DNA from: Acidimicrobiia bacterium
GTDB taxonomy: Bacteria; Actinomycetota; Acidimicrobiia; IMCC26256; JAOSJL01
Length of the DNA: 64,000 nt
Assembly: GCA_041394025.1 (NCBI GenBank)
Contig: JAWKJA010000002.1
Span: 1,272,021-1,336,020 of the forward strand
Direction: 5' to 3'
Positions 58,365 through 64,000 of this stretch are shown one piece after another. Under the pieces are notes generated by a model. It worked only from the letters and a program-made list of their open reading frames with translations, was not told where the DNA came from and did not search any database. Position numbers and translations under genes: made by a program. Position 1 is the first letter of the stretch; the number at the start of each line of letters is the position of its first letter.

Positions 58365-60833
58365 CTACGAGCCCGCAGCCTCGCCGTCGTGGCCGGGGGC
58401 GTCGCTGTCGCCGGGCGGGACCCCACCGTCGCCGGGCGCGAGGCCGTCGAGCCCTCGCGGACTTCCCGGGATTCCCGGGCGTGGGTCTGCTTCACCGCTG
58501 AGCGTCCTCTCGAGCTCGTCGGCGGGAACGGGATGGGCGAGATGGAAGCCCTGCGCGAGGTCGCATCCGAGCTCCGTGAGAGCCGCGAGCTGCGCCGCGT
58601 TCTCGACACCCTCCGCGACGACGTCGTAGCCGAGTTGATGCGCGAGGCTGATGACCGACTCGACGATGGCGTGATCCGTGGGGTCACTGTCGGGTCCGGG
58701 TCCGAGCCCGTCGACGAAACGCCGGTCGACCTTCACGAGATCGAACGGGAACTGCTGGAGGTAGGACAGACCGGAGTAGCCGGTTCCGAAGTCGTCGATG
58801 GCGATCCGGATCCCCAGGGCGGAGAGCTCCCGAAGGTGCTCACGGACAGGGGCGGGGTCCTCGACGAGCGCCGACTCCGTGACCTCGAGAACGAGCCATG
58901 ATGCTTGCGCATTCGTCTCCTCGAGAACGTCCGTGATCATCTCGACGAGACCGGGTTGCGTGAGCTGGCGACCCGACACGTTCACGGCCACCGACACCGG
59001 CTCCCTGCCGCGACGCGCCCAGTTCCAGTGCGCCAGCTGCGTGCACGCCTTGCGCATGATCAGCTCGCCGAGCGCCCCGATGAGGCCCGTCTCCTCGGCC
59101 AGGGGGATGAAGCGGCCGGGAGGGACCGCACCGTGCTCCGCGCGGTCCCAGCGGGCCAGCGCCTCCACGATGCTCCACTCGCCCGTGACGAGATCGAGGC
59201 TCGGCTGGTACGCGACCCAGAGCTCCTCGTTGTCGACGGCCTGGCGCAGGGCCGCCTCCATGTCGTAGCGCTCCGTGATCCAGGACCGCATGTCCTCGTC
59301 GAAGACCTCGAGCCGGGAGCGGCCCGCGTCCTTCGCGCGGTACATGGCGACGTCGGCGTCGCGCAACAGGGACTCAGCGGTGTCGTGAGCCGACAGGTTC
59401 GTGGCGACCCCGACGCTCGCGGTCACGAAGGCATCCTCGCCGGACACCTCGAACGGGCGCAGGAAGGCCTCGACGATCCGACGCGCCGTGGCCGGTACCT
59501 GCGAGGGATCACCGATGTCCTCGCACAGGACCACGAACTCGTCGCCACCGATGCGGGCGACGGTGTCTCCGGCGCGGACCGTCTCGCGCAGTCGTTGTGC
59601 GGCTTTGACCAGGAGACGGTCACCGGCGACGTGGCCCTGCGAGTCGTTCACGACCTTGAAACGGTCGAGGTCGATGTAGAGGACCGCCAACCCGCTGTCA
59701 CGACGCCGGGCGCCCTCGAGTGCGTGGCGCAGGCGGTCGAGGAGGAGGACCCGGTTGGGGAGCCCGGTGAGGCCGTCGTGTGTCGCCTGCTCCACGAGCG
59801 CCTGTTCAGCGGCTTTGAGCTCCGTGATGTCGCGTGCGATGGCGGAGTAGTGGTCGCCGCCGGGCTCGCGGCCGACGTGAGCCACCACGACCAGCGACAT
59901 GGCGTGACGACGGCCGTGGGTGTCGACGAAGGTCGCCTCACCGCGCCAGGTGCCGTCTCGTCGCGCACCGACCATCGCCTGGTCGCGCAGCAGCGCCCGG
60001 CTCCGCTCGTCGAGGAACTCCTCGATGCGGTGACCCGACGGGTCGCCCTCGGCGGGCACACCCAGGAACTCAGCGGCAACGGGGTTGAGGTGGAAGAGCG
60101 CCCCGTCGGGCTGGAACACGGCCACCACGTCGGACGTGGTCTCGAGCAGGGCGTTGAAGCGGTCACTGACCTCCCAGGCCTCGACCTCGGTCGTCACGTC
60201 GGTCGCCGCGATGAACAGGTTGTCGGGTTGGTCGCCCGATCCGGCCAGGGCGCGGCCGTGGAGGCGCAACCAGCGAAGCGGCCCGTCGGCGGCCCGGAAG
60301 CGGATCGTCAGGTCGAAGTCGCCGCTGTGCTCCATGGCCTGGCCGATCCTCTTCAACAGGGGCCGACGGTCGTCGCGGTGCACCCAGAAGAGCAGGGACC
60401 GGTCCGTGTCGAGGAGGGAGCGGCCGGCGAGGTCGTCGGCGCGCGGGTTGGCGTACTGGACCCGACCGTCGGTGTCGAGCTCCAGGATCGCCACCGGTGA
60501 GTGGTCCGTGACCGTACGGAGGCGGTCGCGCTCACGCCGGAGCCGGCTCTCGGACGCCTCGCGCAACCGCTCGTAGAGGTTTGCCATCTCGACACTCGAG
60601 ATCTCCATCGCGCGCTCGAGGAGGTAGCGGCTCTCGTCAGCGTCGCGGTAGGCCGTGCTCACGCGTTCGAGGAGGTGTATCCAGGCTCCCTTGTCCGGAA
60701 TCGCATCCGGGTGGAGGCCGTGACGGGTCAGCTGGCGAACCAGGAGCGGGTGGAAAGCACCGTCTCCGGCCTCCTCCGGCGCACCTGCCCCGTCCGGCAT
60801 GGTGGTCACCTCGGTGCCGTCCCCGCCCGTCAT
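58365..60833 (-). CDS. PAS/PAC-GGDEF-EAL signalling protein (c-di-GMP turnover)
   Basis: 822 aa. PAS-like repeats, an intact GGDEF (ARIGGDEFVV), an EAL motif (VEALARW) and the downstream EVTES / DDFGTGYS motifs. Confidence 0.9.
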   Translation of the reverse strand: MTGGDGTEVTTMPDGAGAPEEAGDGAFHPLLVRQLTRHGLHPDAIPDKGAWIHLLERVSTAYRDADESRYLLERAMEISSVEMANLYERLREASESRLRRERDRLRTVTDHSPVAILELDTDGRVQYANPRADDLAGRSLLDTDRSLLFWVHRDDRRPLLKRIGQAMEHSGDFDLTIRFRAADGPLRWLRLHGRALAGSGDQPDNLFIAATDVTTEVEAWEVSDRFNALLETTSDVVAVFQPDGALFHLNPVAAEFLGVPAEGDPSGHRIEEFLDERSRALLRDQAMVGARRDGTWRGEATFVDTHGRRHAMSLVVVAHVGREPGGDHYSAIARDITELKAAEQALVEQATHDGLTGLPNRVLLLDRLRHALEGARRRDSGLAVLYIDLDRFKVVNDSQGHVAGDRLLVKAAQRLRETVRAGDTVARIGGDEFVVLCEDIGDPSQVPATARRIVEAFLRPFEVSGEDAFVTASVGVATNLSAHDTAESLLRDADVAMYRAKDAGRSRLEVFDEDMRSWITERYDMEAALRQAVDNEELWVAYQPSLDLVTGEWSIVEALARWDRAEHGAVPPGRFIPLAEETGLIGALGELIMRKACTQLAHWNWARRGREPVSVAVNVSGRQLTQPGLVEMITDVLEETNAQASWLVLEVTESALVEDPAPVREHLRELSALGIRIAIDDFGTGYSGLSYLQQFPFDLVKVDRRFVDGLGPGPDSDPTDHAIVESVISLAHQLGYDVVAEGVENAAQLAALTELGCDLAQGFHLAHPVPADELERTLSGEADPRPGIPGSPRGLDGLAPGDGGVPPGDSDAPGHDGEAAGS

Positions 60834-62008
60834 TTCTCACCGAGGGTCGTCAGCGTCATGGTCTGGTTGTGCAGATCGCACGTCCCCCCGGCCTGCGGCG
60901 CGATCTCCCCGTACGAGTAGAAGCCCGCCAGCACCGTGCCGTCGGGCAGGACTCCGAGGGTCGCCTCCAACTCCTCCTCGGTCCGCTCCCCCAGCACCAG
61001 GCGGCGCCCGACACAACTGATCGCCAGGGCCAGCGTGTCGCCGGGTGCAGCGGCGGGTCTCGTGTGTCGGGTCGCCATCTCCGCAGCGCTGCCGGCGGCG
61101 GCGAGGGCTCCGTCGACGAGTCGGTCGAAGTTGGCCATCATGAGCTGGGCCGTCCACCCGGCGGGGACGTCGCCGGCGAAGCGCATCGAGTCTGTCGCCT
61201 CGTCCACCCCCAGCACGGTCCGAACCACCTGGTCACCTCCGCGTTCGGGACGGATGGCCAACGGGAAGAGAAGAGCGGTGGCGGGGAGTCCGGACGCCTT
61301 GTCGCCGAGGTACTCCTTGTAGAGGGACAGGGCCGGTCGGCCGTCGATCTCGAAGAGGACGTTCCCCTCGGCACGGGTGATCAGGCGCTCGGGACCGAAG
61401 ATGTCCCACCCACCGAGGGACCCGTAGCCCACGCACAGCGCGTCGCCGTACAGGCCCACAGCGCGGACCAGACCGGGCTCCAGGCCGTTCTCGTCGAGAA
61501 TCCAGGTCTCGCCGAACCGCTCGCCGTCACCGGCCAAGCCGCCCGTGACCGCGACGTCGTCGGGAAGAACCTCGGTCAGGCCGCGTACCAGCTCGCTCCC
61601 GTTGACGAGAACACCGTCGGAGAGGACGAACACGTGTCGCAAGCCACCGTCGAGCAGCTCCGAGGCGATCCGGCGCCCGGCCACGACCGAGTCAGCGGAC
61701 GTGGTCACCGGGGCCGCCGCTGTCCGCAGGTCGACGTCGTCGAAGTGCGCGACCGCCACGCTCACCGTTGCGTCGCTCAGGGTGTCCCCCGAGATCTGCC
61801 CTGCCGTCGAGCAACCGAGGAGCGAGCTTCGCGTGAACGCCTCCCGGAGCTGGTCGAGCGGCTCGGAAAAGTCCCGGAGGCGGGCATCGCCGAAGGCCAC
61901 GACGAGGGTTCGCGCCGCGTCGAGGTCGAACAGGCCTGGGTCGTCCCAGCCGGTGCCCGGAGACCATGTCGTCGCCGACGCCTGCACCCGCGCCTCTCCC
62001 CGCTCCAC
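60830..62008 (-). CDS. FIST-domain sensor protein
   Basis: C-terminal 392 aa of track ORF 60830..63316, starting from the GTG at 62008. FIST_N/FIST_C-like regions (...LLGCSTAGQISGD..., ...AGFYSYGEIAP...). ATGA overlap with the GGDEF-EAL gene start. Confidence 0.8.
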   Translation of the reverse strand: MERGEARVQASATTWSPGTGWDDPGLFDLDAARTLVVAFGDARLRDFSEPLDQLREAFTRSSLLGCSTAGQISGDTLSDATVSVAVAHFDDVDLRTAAAPVTTSADSVVAGRRIASELLDGGLRHVFVLSDGVLVNGSELVRGLTEVLPDDVAVTGGLAGDGERFGETWILDENGLEPGLVRAVGLYGDALCVGYGSLGGWDIFGPERLITRAEGNVLFEIDGRPALSLYKEYLGDKASGLPATALLFPLAIRPERGGDQVVRTVLGVDEATDSMRFAGDVPAGWTAQLMMANFDRLVDGALAAAGSAAEMATRHTRPAAAPGDTLALAISCVGRRLVLGERTEEELEATLGVLPDGTVLAGFYSYGEIAPQAGGTCDLHNQTMTLTTLGEK

Positions 62009-62152
62009 CTGTCGCGCCGTGGGGCGCTCGTGGTCCCATCGGATCGCCCGCCGGCACCTTGATGGCGCGGGCGGCGTTCGTCGAGATTCGCGTGAACGAC
62101 TGACCACTATCCGTGGTATTAACCCGGACATCCCGAGGGTGCGCCACGCAAG

Positions 62153-63175
62153 GTGGCAGAGTGGGCACACACGACCCGGAGCCCCTTCCCGATGCCCGAC
62201 GGCCCCGATCCCGCGTCGCTCGTCAGCACGGGCGACCACGACGAGCTCCTGCGGGAGGTCGACCGGCGCTGTGAGGCACGGGACTGGGACGGCCTCGTGC
62301 GGCTCGCCGGGATGTGCCGCCGTGCCGTCGACCGGGGGCTCCAACTCTGGGCTGTCGCCGACCACGTCGACTACCGCCTCGCTCTCGAGGCGCCCGGGCG
62401 CTGGGCCGGGCCGGTCGTCACCGAGGGCGCCGGACGATTCACGCCCGGACCCCTTCCGGAGGTGGCGGCGTCGACCCACGCGTGGGAGGAGCTGGCCGGG
62501 CACCTTCCCGAAGGCCCCGGAGCCGTCCTCGTCGCCCACGAGCGCGTCGTGCGCGGCGAGAATCTCACGGGAGCCGAGCTCCGCGGGCCCGAGGTGCTCG
62601 ACATCCCGCGTGCCCTGCAGAGGTGGGAGCCCGCCTACCCCCTCGCCACCTACGAAGCCCACCGCGGGGACTTCCCCGCGCCCCCACCGGTCCGGATGAG
62701 TGGGGCCACCGCCGCAGCGGGGGGAACACCGCACGCCGACGACCACGCTCTCGGAGCACTGCGGGACCTGGTGTCGGTGTGGACAACGGGCTCGAACGGA
62801 CGCGTCGATGCCGTGGCCGTCCACGGGGACGTCGAGAACGCAATCGGTGCTCTCGGTCCCACGACCGTGCGGACGGCCGGGATCGGGCTCGCCGATGCGA
62901 TGGCCGTGATGGGGTGGGCCGCTGCGAGCGGGGGAACGCACGGTCGTCGGCCCGGCGCGGCGACCGGCCGGTTCGGGGCGTGGTGGGCGCTCGCGGCGCT
63001 CACGGGGCACCTCGACGACTGGCCCGTCGACGGCGACACGCTGGCCGCCTCGGCGGGCCGTCTGCGGTGGTACGCCTGGGACGCCGGCGCCCCCGCCACC
63101 GGATGGTCCCTCCACCTCGCCGTCGAGGACCCGCAGCGGGGGATCGCCTGGGCCGTGTCCGCCACCGACGCCTGA
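62153..63175 (+). CDS. conserved-looking hypothetical protein
   Basis: 340-aa ORF with high third-position GC, divergent from the FIST gene. I recognise no motif. Start uncertain (GTG 62153 or ATG 62192). Confidence 0.5.
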   Translation: MAEWAHTTRSPFPMPDGPDPASLVSTGDHDELLREVDRRCEARDWDGLVRLAGMCRRAVDRGLQLWAVADHVDYRLALEAPGRWAGPVVTEGAGRFTPGPLPEVAASTHAWEELAGHLPEGPGAVLVAHERVVRGENLTGAELRGPEVLDIPRALQRWEPAYPLATYEAHRGDFPAPPPVRMSGATAAAGGTPHADDHALGALRDLVSVWTTGSNGRVDAVAVHGDVENAIGALGPTTVRTAGIGLADAMAVMGWAAASGGTHGRRPGAATGRFGAWWALAALTGHLDDWPVDGDTLAASAGRLRWYAWDAGAPATGWSLHLAVEDPQRGIAWAVSATDA

Positions 63176-63209
63176 CGGGGGTCGGGGCGACGCGAGCCCA
63201 CCACGGCGC

Positions 63210-64000
63210 TCAGCGCGAACGCGGCGGGTCCGGGTCGGCGAGGCCGGCCACCTCTTCGCGCGCTTCCGCCTCGACCCGGCGCTTCGCCGGCACCTTCCTG
63301 CGGAGCAGGACGGCACTGACCACGGCGGCGACGAGCGCGGCGGCGCCGCTCAGGACCGACGTCCGCCGGAAGCCGTCGGTGATTCCCTTCCTCGCACCCT
63401 CCTCGAAGGCTTCACGGGTCTTCGTGCCCTGCTCCTGCTCGATCGTGTCGAAGTCCTCGGCTGATGCCGTGAGGGCGGCGTCGAGCGTTGCCTCGGACTG
63501 CTGATCGACACCTGCCGCAGCAAGGCTCCCGTTGAGGGCGGCGGTCCCGGCACCCACGTAGAGGAGCGTTCCCACCGCCACGATGAACACACCGCCCATG
63601 TAGCGGAACATGTTGATGACGCCCGACGCCTCACCGGCGCTCTCGTCGGGAACGGCCACCATCCCGGCCGCCGACGACGTGGAGAACGTCACGCCCACGC
63701 CCACACCCCCGAGAGTCAGGGCGGGCCAGAGATCGCCCGCTGTCGTCGACTCCGACACGGTTGCGAGGAGCGCATAGCCGCCGGCCATCGAGAGGAACCC
63801 GAGGGTCATCGGGAGGGCGTAGCCGACCCGGTCGGCGATGCGCCCGCCGTAGAACGAGAAGATGAACATGGCGACGCCGTACGGGACGAGCAGGAGGCTG
63901 GCACCGATGGCGGACTCATCGAGGAGCACGGGCGCCTGTGCCCACAGGTTGAAGAAGTACAGGATCCCGAAGAGGCCGATGGCGTTCACGAAGGTCGCGA
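63210..64000 (-). CDS. MFS transporter (DHA2/EmrB-like), 5-prime end outside the window
   Basis: Hydrophobic TM-rich ORF that stays open to the window edge (...ATFVNAIGLFGILYFFNLWAQ...GRIADRVGY...). It has a cytoplasmic Arg-rich C-terminal tail. Confidence 0.75.
   Translation of the reverse strand, partial: ATFVNAIGLFGILYFFNLWAQAPVLLDESAIGASLLLVPYGVAMFIFSFYGGRIADRVGYALPMTLGFLSMAGGYALLATVSESTTAGDLWPALTLGGVGVGVTFSTSSAAGMVAVPDESAGEASGVINMFRYMGGVFIVAVGTLLYVGAGTAALNGSLAAAGVDQQSEATLDAALTASAEDFDTIEQEQGTKTREAFEEGARKGITDGFRRTSVLSGAAALVAAVVSAVLLRRKVPAKRRVEAEAREEVAGLADPDPPRSR

Overview
High-GC (visibly about 70%, not computed) actinobacterial chromosome segment. It is mostly a conserved housekeeping backbone read on the minus strand. 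In minus-strand transcription order: mreB-mreC-mreD-PBP2-rodA, a radical-SAM TIGR03960/TIGR03936-like pair, RNase E/G, rplU-rpmA-obg-proB-proA, MoxR-VWA and nadD. Elsewhere on the minus strand are valS-folC, ndk and tig-clpP-clpX. Five tRNAs lie on the plus strand (Pro-TGG, Gly-TCC, Arg-TCT, His-GTG, Lys-CTT), along with trkA-trkH. The second half is more accessory. (1) A short, visibly lower-GC insert abuts the 3-prime end of tRNA-Lys. It carries a PD-(D/E)XK-like restriction endonuclease, a gamma-class NPPW N6-adenine methyltransferase, and an uncharacterised N-terminal domain fused to an ERCC4 (ERKxxxD) nuclease. (2) A GH4/GH1 plus sugar ABC transporter cluster. (3) An orphan operon behind a near-consensus TTGACA-17-TAGAGT promoter. 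It encodes a tiny twin-arginine/lipobox peptide (predicted 18-aa Cys-rich mature part), a 728-aa fused KS / Cys-less KS-like (CLF-like) protein, a discrete ACP and two translationally coupled GNAT acyltransferases. I consider this the best candidate for an undescribed system. (4) A leucine/branched-chain catabolic cluster: acyl-CoA dehydrogenase, TetR with two palindromic operator-like sites, acyl-CoA carboxylase beta and alpha subunits, and enoyl-CoA hydratase, with a beta-carbonic anhydrase alongside. (5) A FIST sensor translationally coupled to a PAS-GGDEF-EAL protein. There are no rRNA genes, CRISPR arrays, transposases or integrases. Many long ORFs in the track are antisense or off-frame artefacts of the high GC content. 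All assignments rest on motif recognition by eye; no database search was possible.
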